Shown: positions 29,967 through 39,350, counted from the first letter of the stretch. The stretch: DNA of 64,000 bases from an uncultured delta proteobacterium (GCA_963736855.1 CAVTQK010000021.1:544001-608000); one strand, 5' to 3'. Made by a program: numbers and translations. Notes: a model not told the origin generated them from the sequence alone.

Positions 29967-30455
29967 ATGAAAAGGGTCGCAATAATAGTCGGTGCAGGAA
30001 TTTTTCTGGTAATCGTGCTCTTCGGTTGGTGGGTCACCAGCCGTCCCGAACGCGGGACGACCGGCTCGGTCAGCACGAATTTTCGATGGCTCGGCCCCAA
30101 CGATAAGATCGTGGTCGACGGCTTCGACGACCCTAAGGTCCAGGGTGTCGCCTGTCACCTTTCCCGGGCACAAACCGGAGGCGTAAAAGGCGCTATGGGC
30201 GTGGCGGAGGATACCAGTGACGCCAGCATCGCCTGCCGTCAGGTAGGCCCAATCAAGATTCTTGGTGAAATCAAGGACGGCGAGCGCGTCTTTGACGAGC
30301 ACCGTAGCCTGGTTTTCAAGACACTACAAGTCGTGCGCTTCTTCGACCGCAAGCGCAATGTTTTAGTCTACGTTTCCTACAGCGATCGGATTATCGCGGG
30401 CAGCCCGCAGAACAGTATCAGCACAGTGCCGATCATGGGTTGGCCGGCACCATAA
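29967..30455 (+). CDS. creA: CreA family protein
   Basis: [46 protein letters not shown]. Confidence 0.85.
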   Translation: MKRVAIIVGAGIFLVIVLFGWWVTSRPERGTTGSVSTNFRWLGPNDKIVVDGFDDPKVQGVACHLSRAQTGGVKGAMGVAEDTSDASIACRQVGPIKILGEIKDGERVFDEHRSLVFKTLQVVRFFDRKRNVLVYVSYSDRIIAGSPQNSISTVPIMGWPAP

Positions 30456-30458
30456 GTT

Positions 30459-30707
30459 GATGAAGGCTGGATTGTACTCACAGATGGCGTCGGGCCTATG
30501 CGTCAGTATTGCATCGGGGCCATACTGCTTGATCTTGAATAGCCTACAAAAATAATCGCTCGCCTGGAAAATCCGCTGCTTGCCCCGCACGAAAAAGAGC
30601 GCGAGGGATATGTTCCCAATATTGTTTATTCCTGCGGTGCGATAATTCATAACAACGAGTTAGTCATTCCCTACGCCATGAAAAACTTAAGAAGCTACCT
30701 TTCATAA
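30459..30707 (+). pseudogene. GH130-like glycosidase/phosphorylase C-terminal fragment
   Basis: EGWIVLT.GVGPMRQYCIGAILLDLE*P...EREGYVPNIVYSCG..LVIPYA, internal stop. Confidence 0.7.
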
Positions 30708-30719
30708 AGGAGCGGGTAA

Positions 30720-32615
30720 ATGTCAAGAAAAAGAGAAGACGAACCACAGGAAAATCTAATGGATAGACTTCGCGCCATGTTCGGTTTTCAAAACCCGGAT
30801 AAAAAGAATGCTCTGCCACCGAAAGCTCACTTCAGCATCTGGTATTTTCTGATTGCCGTTTTTGCATTTTCTTTCATTCAACAATACTTTTTTTCCGGCA
30901 AAGTGGAGACGATTCCTTATAGCCAGTTCAAACAATACGTAGCTCAAGGCAACGTCGCAAAATTGAGTATCGGCCCTGAGGTTATCAGCGGAACGCTAAA
31001 AGGAGCTTTGGGTCAGAACTTCACCACGATTCGGGTGAATGATCCCGGGCTTGTGAAAGAGTTGGATGAAAACAAAATAAACTATTCTGGATACTTTGAA
31101 AGCCAATTGGTGGGCACGATTCTATCCTGGGTTGTTCCAATCGGCATCTTTTTTCTGATCTGGCGCTACGTCATGAACAAAATGGGTCCGGGGATGGGGG
31201 TCATGTCATTCAGCAAGAGCAAAGCCAAGATCTTTGCCGAAACCGAGACGAAAGTCACTTTTGCTGATGTCGCCGGCATCGATGAGGCCAAAGAAGAGCT
31301 TAAGGAAGTGGTTGAGTTTTTGCAAAACCCGGAGAAATTTCAAAAATTGGGAGGGAGGATTCCCAAAGGGGTGCTTCTGGTAGGCCTGCCCGGGACCGGC
31401 AAAACTCTTCTGGCAAAAGCCGTGGCCGGAGAGGCCAAAGTTACTTTCTTCAGCATCAGCGGGTCTGAATTTGTGGAAATGTTCGTCGGCGTAGGTGCAG
31501 CTCGTGTCCGCGATCTTTTCTCTCAGGCTGCTGCTCAAGCACCCTGTATCATCTTCATCGATGAATTGGATGCGTTAGGTAAAGCTCGCGGTGTGAATGT
31601 CTTTGGCGGGCATGATGAACGCGAGCAGACTCTGAACCAGCTCCTGGTGGAAATGGATGGGTTCGAAACGAATAAAGGGGTCATCATCATGGCTGCTACC
31701 AACCGACCGGAAATATTAGACCCCGCATTGTTGCGCCCGGGGCGGTTTGATCGTCAGGTCTTAATCGATCGGCCGGATATAAACGGGAGGGAAGCAATCC
31801 TGAAAATTCATTGCAAGCATGTCGTGTTGGATTCTGATGTCGATCTGCGCAAGATCGCCGGTCTTACTCCGGGTTTTGTGGGGGCTGATTTAGCCAACCT
31901 CGTCAATGAGTCCGCCCTTTTGGCGGCCCGGAAAAACAGAGAAACGGTAGGGTCGGCGGAGTTCGATGAAGCGATCGACCGTGTGGTGGGAGGGTTGGAG
32001 AAAAAAAATCGGGTAATGAATTCAAAAGAGAAAGAAATCGTATCTTTTCACGAGTCCGGGCATGCGATCGTGGCTGAATCTGTTGACCATGCCGACCCGG
32101 TGCACAAAGTCTCCATTATTCCACGCGGGATTGCGGCTCTCGGATATACTCAACAGCGACCTACTGAGGACCGCTACTTGATGACTCGTTCGGAGCTGCT
32201 GGACCGACTGGCCGTTCTGCTGGGTGGCCGGGTAGCGGAGGAACTGGTTTTTAATGAAATCTCCACCGGGGCTCAGAACGACCTGCAACGCGCTACGGAT
32301 ATTGTACGATCCATGGTCACGGAATATGGCATGAGCGATCGTATGGGGTTAGTAACATATGAACGCACTCGCCAACCCATGTTCCTCCCGGGAAATTTTA
32401 CCCAGAGTAATACCTACAGTGAAGAGAAAGCCGCCCAAATTGATGAGGAAATCGCTCGGTTCATCGAGGAGGCCCATCAACGGGTGAAAAAAATCCTCTC
32501 GGAGCGGCGTAAGATCCTGGATGAGTTGGCACATCTCCTTTCGGAGAAGGAAAGCGTTCAGGGAGAGGAACTCAGAAAGATGTTGTCCGAATCCAAGCTC
32601 GAAATAGTGAATTGA
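30720..32615 (+). CDS. ftsH: ATP-dependent zinc metalloprotease FtsH (accessory paralog)
   Basis: Two TM segments, [29 protein letters not shown]. Confidence 0.93.
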   Translation: MSRKREDEPQENLMDRLRAMFGFQNPDKKNALPPKAHFSIWYFLIAVFAFSFIQQYFFSGKVETIPYSQFKQYVAQGNVAKLSIGPEVISGTLKGALGQNFTTIRVNDPGLVKELDENKINYSGYFESQLVGTILSWVVPIGIFFLIWRYVMNKMGPGMGVMSFSKSKAKIFAETETKVTFADVAGIDEAKEELKEVVEFLQNPEKFQKLGGRIPKGVLLVGLPGTGKTLLAKAVAGEAKVTFFSISGSEFVEMFVGVGAARVRDLFSQAAAQAPCIIFIDELDALGKARGVNVFGGHDEREQTLNQLLVEMDGFETNKGVIIMAATNRPEILDPALLRPGRFDRQVLIDRPDINGREAILKIHCKHVVLDSDVDLRKIAGLTPGFVGADLANLVNESALLAARKNRETVGSAEFDEAIDRVVGGLEKKNRVMNSKEKEIVSFHESGHAIVAESVDHADPVHKVSIIPRGIAALGYTQQRPTEDRYLMTRSELLDRLAVLLGGRVAEELVFNEISTGAQNDLQRATDIVRSMVTEYGMSDRMGLVTYERTRQPMFLPGNFTQSNTYSEEKAAQIDEEIARFIEEAHQRVKKILSERRKILDELAHLLSEKESVQGEELRKMLSESKLEIVN

Positions 32616-32812
32616 TCATCCTGGAACAAACAGAACACTGAATGCTTTAACCGGATAGTTCGCGAGCTGAGTTGGCCTATCTTCTTTCACAGAAGGAAAT
32701 TATTCAGTGGGATGCCCTCAGAGATCCGTCGCCCAAGCCTCCGTTCAAACTCTTGACTTGCCGTCTGGAATCAAGGGGTTTTAATGAAAAGTTCGATCCT
32801 TCTTGGTGGTTC

Positions 32813-32960
32813 CCTCCACATCTGGAGGTTCCACCAAATATTGAGGCCAAACCAATCGAATCATCCTTCTCCACTTTCCACTCATGTTACTCTAATCCAT
32901 TGTTATTAAAGAGTGATTCCAGCTTTATGGTTTTCACGGTCTTCTGGCAAGCCATTTGCA
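32813..32960 (+). promoter_or_regulatory. Module E: tandem palindromes plus sigma54 promoter
   Basis: Sites at 32813 and 32831; TGGCAAGCCATTTGCA with GG at 32946. Confidence 0.8.
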
Positions 32961-33048
32961 GTGATTACTTGCATGATCCTTGATACCAAGGGCCCAGAAG
33001 GTAAATTTATATGGAAAGACGAATTGAATCGTCAGAAAGGAGGCGAAC

Positions 33049-33198
33049 ATGCTTTGGACCATATTAGTGATTCTCTTAGTTTTGTGGCTTGCTGGATTAA
33101 TGAGCGGCTACACGTTGGGCGGAATCATTCATATCTTGCTGATCATTGCCGTCATCGTGTTGGTGGTCCAACTTATTCAGGGACGAAAAATATTGTAA
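33049..33198 (+). CDS. lmo0937 family small membrane protein (49 aa)
   Basis: Not in the ORF track; MLWTILVILLVLWLAGLMSGYTLGGIIHILLIIAVIVLVVQLIQGRKIL; AGGAGG RBS. Confidence 0.82.
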   Translation: MLWTILVILLVLWLAGLMSGYTLGGIIHILLIIAVIVLVVQLIQGRKIL

Positions 33199-33307
33199 CC
33201 GGTACATAATTCCGGATACACCCGCGGCATTTTAAAATACAAACTTTGCCTGAGGCCATCTTGGAGAAATCGAAACACATACTAAGTTAGAAAGGAGGCC
33301 AGTTGCC

Positions 33308-33442
33308 ATGCAAATGAGTCTATCGCCACAGCCGATAGTTTCCTTAATCGCGGGAATCTTGATTCTCCTTGTCCCGAGGCTGCTGAATTACATCGTTGCC
33401 ATCTATCTTATTATATTTGGCATCCTCGGATTGATTCGCTGA
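33308..33442 (+). CDS. DUF3096 family protein, copy 2
   Basis: Near-identical to 21298-21432. Confidence 0.8.
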   Translation: MQMSLSPQPIVSLIAGILILLVPRLLNYIVAIYLIIFGILGLIR

Positions 33443-33512
33443 ATGGCGCGAGAATGTAGAAAAGGTCTTATAATCAACCAATTCACTACAAACCCAAAAA
33501 GGAGTAACCGCA

Positions 33513-33812
33513 ATGAAAAAGAGAAATGTCTTTATCCACTGTTTACTAGTTCTTATGCTGATCGGCACTCTTGCAGCCTGTGCATCGACATCCACCCGGG
33601 AAAGTACAGGGGAATACGTCGACGATTCGGTCATCACGACCAAGGTAAAATCTCTGCTTGCCGGAGATGATTTTCTCAAGTCATTCCAGATTGGTGTCGA
33701 AACTTACAAGGGCGTCGTTCAACTGAGCGGTTTTGTGAACACTAAAGAAGCCTCCAATAAAGCGGCTCAAATCGCCGGCGGCGTCAAAGGAGTCAAATCC
33801 GTTAAAGAATGA
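33513..33812 (+). CDS. BON domain lipoprotein, copy 2 (C-terminal frameshift)
   Basis: As 21504-21818 but a 1-nt insertion gives ...SVKE* instead of ...SVKNDLVVK*. Confidence 0.75.
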   Translation: MKKRNVFIHCLLVLMLIGTLAACASTSTRESTGEYVDDSVITTKVKSLLAGDDFLKSFQIGVETYKGVVQLSGFVNTKEASNKAAQIAGGVKGVKSVKE

Positions 33813-34329
33813 TCTGGTCGTGAAATAGCGACCGGCATCCCTTACCGGATGGAATATGGCAAAACCTGTTCACCCAAAACCTGGATTTCAATGAGATTCG
33901 GTTTGGAGGAGAAATGCATAAAAATAAACAATTACAGAGAATCCGTCCGGTTCAGAACCCTCAGATCAAAAAATGATCGGGATAGGAGAGGGTTTGATTC
34001 CCCTCTCCTTCCCATGCTGGATATTGTATGGATTCTTAATCATTAAAGGAAAACATCGTACCCGTTTTGAAAAGATCTTGTCATCAATACGTGATTAATA
34101 GTAGAATCCCCGCCACAAAACCAAGTACTTGATCCGCAATGCCAGGATACCCGCGATGCTTCAGCCGTGCTGTGAAGCTGGTGTTTGAATTCCCACGCTT
34201 TGCGATCCAATCACCGGAAAGATATTTGTAAAAGATAAGTCAAGATGAAGCACTCATCACCCTTAGGGCCTCTTGACGCGATCTCTGCTCAAAGTTAGGA
34301 TGCCTTAATTATCAATTGCAGATAATGAT

Positions 34330-36078
34330 ATGGACCCTGTCACCCAACCCCCGAATTTTATCCCCACCCTGCCGCAGGAAGTCGCACTTGCCGGATGGGA
34401 TCGGCTGGATGTGATCCTGGTCAGTGGAGATACATATTTCGATTCGCCTTATATCGGCACGTCGGTTATCGCCCGGGTGCTTGCCCATGCGGGCTATCGC
34501 GTCGGCATCATCGCCCAGCCGGACGTCCGGAGTGAAGGGGACATCACCCGCCTGGGGCAACCCGCCCTTTTCTGGGGCGTCACCGCCGGCAGCGTGGACT
34601 CCATGGTCGCCAACTACACGGCCTCGGGTAGGCGGCGTAAGAGCGACGACCTGACCCCCGGGGGGCAAAACACCAAGCGTCCGGACCGCGCCGTGATCGC
34701 TTACAGCAATCTCATCCGGCGTTTTTTTAAAAACACGGTGCCCATTGTTTTAGGCGGCATCGAGGCCAGCCTGCGCCGCATCTCGCACTACGATGTTTGG
34801 TCCGATGCGGTGCGGCGCTCGATCCTGTTCGATGCCAAGGCCGATCTTCTGGTATACGGCATGGCTGAGCAGAGCATCCTGGAATTGGCAGAAAGGTTCA
34901 GGCTCAGGCAGGAGTTCCGCTCGATCCGGGGGATTTGCTACATCAGCCCTCAAATCCCTCCGATGGCGGCTGAATTCGACGGGCCGGACATCGAGCTTCC
35001 CGATTATCGCTCGGTATCCAAGGACAAAGCCGAGTTTATGCGCATGTTCGAGATCTTTTACGCAAACTCGGACCCGTTCACGGCCAAACGCCTCTTCCAG
35101 CGCCAGGACACCCGCTACCTGGTCCACAATCCGCCCCAGCCGCCCCTGTCGAGCGCCGCCCTGGACCGCATTTATGAACTGCCGTTTACCCGCGATGTGC
35201 ACCCTTTTTATCAAAAAGATGGCTGCGTAAAGGCTTTGGACACCATCCGCTTCAGTCTTACCACCCATCGCGGCTGCTACGGTGAATGCCGCTTTTGCGC
35301 CATCTCGGTCCATCAGGGCCGGCACATCGTTTCGCGCAGCGAGGATTCGCTTCTGCGTGAAGCGGCTGCTTTTACAGCCCATCCCGATTTTAAGGGTATC
35401 ATCGCCGATGTGGGCGGTCCCACAGCCAACATGTATGCCATCGTGTGCGGCCGCAAGCTCAGCCAAGGGGCCTGCGCAACCAAGGCTTGTCTTTTTCCCA
35501 AGGTTTGCAAACATCTTGCTGCGGATCACAGCCGCCAGATCGCTTTACTGAAAAAGCTGCGCAGTCTTCCAGGGGTACGCAAGGTCTTTGTCGCCTCCGG
35601 CATCCGCTATGATTTGATCCTGGCCGACGTCAAGGCCGGGGCGGCCTACCTGCAAGAACTGCTGCAGCACCACGTCTCGGGCCACCTCAAGATCGCCCCC
35701 GAGCACGTCCAGGACGCGGTGCTGAACCTGATGGGAAAACCCGACCGTAAGTCTCTGGAAACGTTCATGCGCCTTTTCGACCGGCTCAAGCCCAAGAAGG
35801 CCGGGAAGATCTTTCTGACCTATTATCTGATGGCCGCCCATCCGGGATGCACCCTGGCCGATATGCACGCGCTGAGAGCCTATGCCGTCGACAAGCTGCG
35901 CCTTTTGCCCGAGCAGGTGCAGATCTTTACGCCATCCCCCTCCACCTACGCCACCCTGATGTACTACACCGGGATCGATCCTTTCACGGGTGAGAAGATT
36001 TTCGTGGAAAGAGATCTGCGGCGCAAAGTAGAGCAAAAGGCCGTCATCACGGGCAAGCGGCGCCCGAAAGCGCAATAG
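34330..36078 (+). CDS. YgiQ/UPF0313 family radical SAM protein
   Basis: DVILVSGD, GSVDSMVANYT, RPDRAV, HRGCYGECRFC, DVGGPTANMY. Confidence 0.88.
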   Translation: MDPVTQPPNFIPTLPQEVALAGWDRLDVILVSGDTYFDSPYIGTSVIARVLAHAGYRVGIIAQPDVRSEGDITRLGQPALFWGVTAGSVDSMVANYTASGRRRKSDDLTPGGQNTKRPDRAVIAYSNLIRRFFKNTVPIVLGGIEASLRRISHYDVWSDAVRRSILFDAKADLLVYGMAEQSILELAERFRLRQEFRSIRGICYISPQIPPMAAEFDGPDIELPDYRSVSKDKAEFMRMFEIFYANSDPFTAKRLFQRQDTRYLVHNPPQPPLSSAALDRIYELPFTRDVHPFYQKDGCVKALDTIRFSLTTHRGCYGECRFCAISVHQGRHIVSRSEDSLLREAAAFTAHPDFKGIIADVGGPTANMYAIVCGRKLSQGACATKACLFPKVCKHLAADHSRQIALLKKLRSLPGVRKVFVASGIRYDLILADVKAGAAYLQELLQHHVSGHLKIAPEHVQDAVLNLMGKPDRKSLETFMRLFDRLKPKKAGKIFLTYYLMAAHPGCTLADMHALRAYAVDKLRLLPEQVQIFTPSPSTYATLMYYTGIDPFTGEKIFVERDLRRKVEQKAVITGKRRPKAQ

Positions 36079-36170
36079 TCAAACAGCGCGGTACGGCGGC
36101 AAAGATTTCGTCTTCGACACCTCCGTTGCCCGTTTGCCTCGCCCGGTTTTTTCTTGATTTATCTCCATTT

Positions 36171-36203
36171 CTGTCGCCGAGCTGACGCCAAATGGTAACA
36201 ACC
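36171..36203 (+). promoter_or_regulatory. Possible Pho box (11-bp periodic repeats)
   Basis: CTGTCGCCGAG-CTGACGCCAAA-TGGTAACAACC upstream of phoU-pst; loose match to CTGTCAT repeats. Confidence 0.35.
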
Positions 36204-36369
36204 CTATTGCTACCCGAAACATTTCCTGCTAATTGCACAGTCGATTGTGTTCACGGACGCGGACCGGGATGGCCGCCGGCACCATCGGGATTTCATCCCG
36301 GAATGGATCCATTAGGATGCATCGGCCGGTGATTCTGCGGCTATGCGCGGCTTGGAACGGAGGTGGGAG

Positions 36370-37485
36370 ATGCCGTCTCGCTTTGATGAGAGCTTAAAAA
36401 GGGATATTGAACGGATTCGTCTGGCGGTCATCAGAATGGGAACACTCGTAGAGGGTGCGCTCAGGGCGAGTCTGCACACGCTGACCGAGAATGATCGTCA
36501 ACTCGCCTATTCGGTCATCTTTCGAGATCACTATATCGACGACCTCGAGATGGAGCTGGACCGTCTGTGTCAGGAGTTTCTGCTGCGCCAACAGCCGGCA
36601 GCAGGGCATTTGCGCTTTGTCTATGCCGTCATCAAGATCAACAACGAATTGGAGCGCGTCGGCGACTATGCCGAGAGCATCGCACGTCACTTCCTTGCAC
36701 TCAGTTCCCTGGATCCACAGCCTTCTTTTCAGACCATTGAAGAGATTGCTCATCAGTCCATTCCGATGTTTCGTAATGCGCTTCAGGCCTTTGCGGATAG
36801 GGATCCGCAACTGGCCAAGGCGACGATGGAAATGGAGGAAAAGGTTGACAATATCCGCTGGGTGATCACGAACCAGATGAACGCTCTTCTGGAGGGATGC
36901 AAACTGCCGTCCGAGACCTTCCAATCCCTCATGATTATCGCCAATCGGTTTGAGCGTGTGGCTGATCGGGCATGCAATATTTGCGAGGAAGTGCTGTATA
37001 TGTGTACGGGCGAGAACATCAAACACAAAGACAAAGATGCCTTTCGCGTGCTGTTTGTGGACGAACACGACGCCTGCCGGGGGCAGATGGCCAAAGGGAT
37101 AGGGATATCCCTGGGATTGGAAAGGTTCAGATTTGAAAGCGCCGGAATCTCGCCAAAACCCTTGGACCCCAGGGCCGTGAGTTTTATGGCTGAAAAAGGT
37201 ATCGACATTTCCCAGGCAAGAACCAGATACCTTAACCAGGTTGCGAATTTAAAAGATTATCACATCTTTGTCGGTCTTTGCAAAGAAGCGGAAGAGGCCT
37301 TCCCACCGCCGCCGACAAAGATGATCGATGTCCATTGGGAGATAGAGAACCCTTCTAAGCTTATAGGAACGGAGGAAGAGATTCGGGCTGCCTACGAAAA
37401 GACTTATGAGGTTTTGGAATCTCACATCAAAGACCTTGTCGAAGCGATCATCGGGAAAAACATCGGGAAGGAGGAAAACGCATAA
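36370..37485 (+). CDS. phoU: PhoU fused to an LMW-PTP/ArsC-like domain
   Basis: ELERVGDYA and FERVADRACNICE PhoU repeats; C-terminal VLFVDEHDACRGQMA...ESAG...MAEKGIDIS...HWEIENP. Confidence 0.85.
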   Translation: MPSRFDESLKRDIERIRLAVIRMGTLVEGALRASLHTLTENDRQLAYSVIFRDHYIDDLEMELDRLCQEFLLRQQPAAGHLRFVYAVIKINNELERVGDYAESIARHFLALSSLDPQPSFQTIEEIAHQSIPMFRNALQAFADRDPQLAKATMEMEEKVDNIRWVITNQMNALLEGCKLPSETFQSLMIIANRFERVADRACNICEEVLYMCTGENIKHKDKDAFRVLFVDEHDACRGQMAKGIGISLGLERFRFESAGISPKPLDPRAVSFMAEKGIDISQARTRYLNQVANLKDYHIFVGLCKEAEEAFPPPPTKMIDVHWEIENPSKLIGTEEEIRAAYEKTYEVLESHIKDLVEAIIGKNIGKEENA

Positions 37486-38423
37486 TGCGGCATCATAAAA
37501 AAACCATAACGACCTTGCAGGCGGTCATATCGGTCACGGTCCTTTTCTGCTCGTTCCTGACCGGATGTTCCGAAAAAAGCAAAGAACCGGGCAAGCCTTC
37601 TACCGGAAGGTTCGTGATTCAGAACGCCGGGTCCGATACCATGGTCAATGTAGCCCAGGCTTGGGCGGAAGAGTATGCAAAACTTGAGCCCTCCGTCTCA
37701 GTGGAGGTCTCTGGAGGAGGATCGGGGACCGGGATAGCGGCGTTGATCAACGGGACGGTGGACATCGCCAATTGCAGCCGGCGGATGAAGCAGGAGGAAA
37801 TCGACAGGGCAAGACAGAATACCGGCAAGGAACCGAAAGAATTTGTAGTCGGCCATGACGCACTTGCCATCTATGTTCACAAAGACAATCCGCTTAATGA
37901 AATTACTCTCGAGCAACTGGCAAAAATCTACGGCAAGGGTGGAAAAATCGAAAAGTGGTCACAACTCGGCATTGCAAACCCTAAATGCAAAAACGATGAG
38001 ATTATCCGTATCAGCCGGCAGTCCAACTCCGGGACGTACCACTATTTTCGCGACGCATTGCTGGGAGACCAAGGGGATTTCAAGTTGGGATCGAGAGACC
38101 TTCATGGGTCCAAAGACGTCGTGGAATTGGTGGAACGAACGCCCTGTGCCATCGGCTACAGCGGAATGGGATACGCCACGGAACGCGTTAAAAAGCTCAA
38201 GGTGGCTAAAAAAGCCGGGGATCCTGTGTATGAGCCTATCGTCGAGACCACGCTTAACGGCACCTATCCCATTGCCCGGCCGCTCTTGATGTATTCGCTG
38301 GGTGAACCCGCGGGAGAAGTCAAAAAGTATCTCGATTGGATATATTCCGAAACCGGTCAGAAAATAGTTGGAGAGACGGGATACGTGCCGCTTCCCAAAC
38401 CACAAGGTTCCACAGGCAAATAG
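37485..38423 (+). CDS. pstS: Phosphate ABC transporter substrate-binding lipoprotein
   Basis: LTGC lipobox, GSDTM, GGGSGTGI, RQSNSGT, YPIARPL. Confidence 0.9.
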   Translation: MRHHKKTITTLQAVISVTVLFCSFLTGCSEKSKEPGKPSTGRFVIQNAGSDTMVNVAQAWAEEYAKLEPSVSVEVSGGGSGTGIAALINGTVDIANCSRRMKQEEIDRARQNTGKEPKEFVVGHDALAIYVHKDNPLNEITLEQLAKIYGKGGKIEKWSQLGIANPKCKNDEIIRISRQSNSGTYHYFRDALLGDQGDFKLGSRDLHGSKDVVELVERTPCAIGYSGMGYATERVKKLKVAKKAGDPVYEPIVETTLNGTYPIARPLLMYSLGEPAGEVKKYLDWIYSETGQKIVGETGYVPLPKPQGSTGK

Positions 38424-38444
38424 GCTCCCGGAGAATCCTCATAG

Positions 38445-39338
38445 ATGAGTCTTCGACATCGCCTGGACACAGCCACCGAGCCTGTCATTGAAAGAATCAT
38501 TCAGCTTTGTGGGATCAGTGCCATTGTCTTTGTTTTTGGTATCTTTTTTTTCGTATTTCGGGAGGGTTCGGATCTGCTCTTTCGGGGCTTCGATCTCGTC
38601 GAATTTTTAACGAGCCCGCAATGGTATCCCGATTCGGTCGGACACAAGCGTTACGGTGCGCTGGCTCTCATCGCGGGAACGACCAGCGTGACTTTACTGG
38701 CTATGGCCATTGCAGTCCCCTTCGGCCTCGGGGCAGCTATCTTTATCTCAGAATTCTGCAGTCCCAAGCTCAGAGAGACATTCAAGATCGTCATCGAACT
38801 GCTCGCCGCCATTCCTTCGGTTGTCTGGGGATTTATCGGGCTGACTTTGATGAACGAGCTGATCATTACCCTTTTTGATGCACCCATAGGGCTTACGGTC
38901 CTAAACGGCGGCGTCATTCTTGCGCTCATGAGCGTACCTGTCATCGTGTCTATAGGCGAAGATTCCCTCAAGGCGGTCCCTGATTCCTATCGCGAAGCAG
39001 CCGAAGCCCTCGGCGCAACGCGCTGGCAGATCATTTACCGGGTCCTCCTGCCTTCGGCCAAGAATGGGTTGCTGGCCGCCGTCCTGCTGGGAGTCGCTCG
39101 CGGAATCGGAGAAACCATGGCAGTACTCATGGCCACCGGCCATGCCGTCAAGATCCCACACAGCGTGCTTGATTCGGTCAGAACCCTGACGGCAACGATT
39201 GCTGCCGAACTGGGTGAGGCCCCGGTGCATTCAGACCACTACCAGGTATTGTTTCTGATTGGAGTCTTGCTTTTTACCATCAGCTTCTTCGTTAATCTTG
39301 CCGCCGATTTGATCATAAAAGGAATTAAACGCAAATAG
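38445..39338 (+). CDS. pstC: Phosphate ABC transporter permease
   Basis: ELLAAIPSVVWG, EAAEALGATRWQ, RGIGETMAV. Confidence 0.9.
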   Translation: MSLRHRLDTATEPVIERIIQLCGISAIVFVFGIFFFVFREGSDLLFRGFDLVEFLTSPQWYPDSVGHKRYGALALIAGTTSVTLLAMAIAVPFGLGAAIFISEFCSPKLRETFKIVIELLAAIPSVVWGFIGLTLMNELIITLFDAPIGLTVLNGGVILALMSVPVIVSIGEDSLKAVPDSYREAAEALGATRWQIIYRVLLPSAKNGLLAAVLLGVARGIGETMAVLMATGHAVKIPHSVLDSVRTLTATIAAELGEAPVHSDHYQVLFLIGVLLFTISFFVNLAADLIIKGIKRK

Positions 39339-39350
39339 GGTACAAGGAGG

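Larger units (their letters stand above)
10666..33862. other. Accessory island: Kai/sigma54 stress-response region with duplications and pseudogenes
   Basis: IS remnants, internal repeats, many gene fragments and almost uniform + strand orientation; boundaries approximate. Confidence 0.6.
33289..33862 (+). repeat. Direct repeat of 21279-21852 (DUF3096 plus BON); 32808-33044 repeats 21053-21289
   Basis: Direct sequence comparison. Confidence 0.9.

Noticed and set aside
16085..32960. Recurring ~90-bp sequence considered as a CRISPR repeat, attC site or MITE
   Set aside because: Copies are kilobases apart, with no spacer array, cas or integrase genes, terminal inverted repeats or target duplications. 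The fixed spacing to sigma54 promoters explains it better.
32672..33209. ORFs 32672-32983 and 32913-33209, and the minus-strand ORFs over modules A, B and D
   Set aside because: They translate the regulatory repeat, lack RBS or family motifs, and overlap better-supported small genes.
33978..34014. GGAGAGGGTTTGATTCCCCTCTCC hairpin near the island right end, resembling a tRNA T-arm or att site
   Set aside because: No cloverleaf, anticodon arm or CCA end, no matching copy at the left boundary and no integrase; treated as a plain hairpin.
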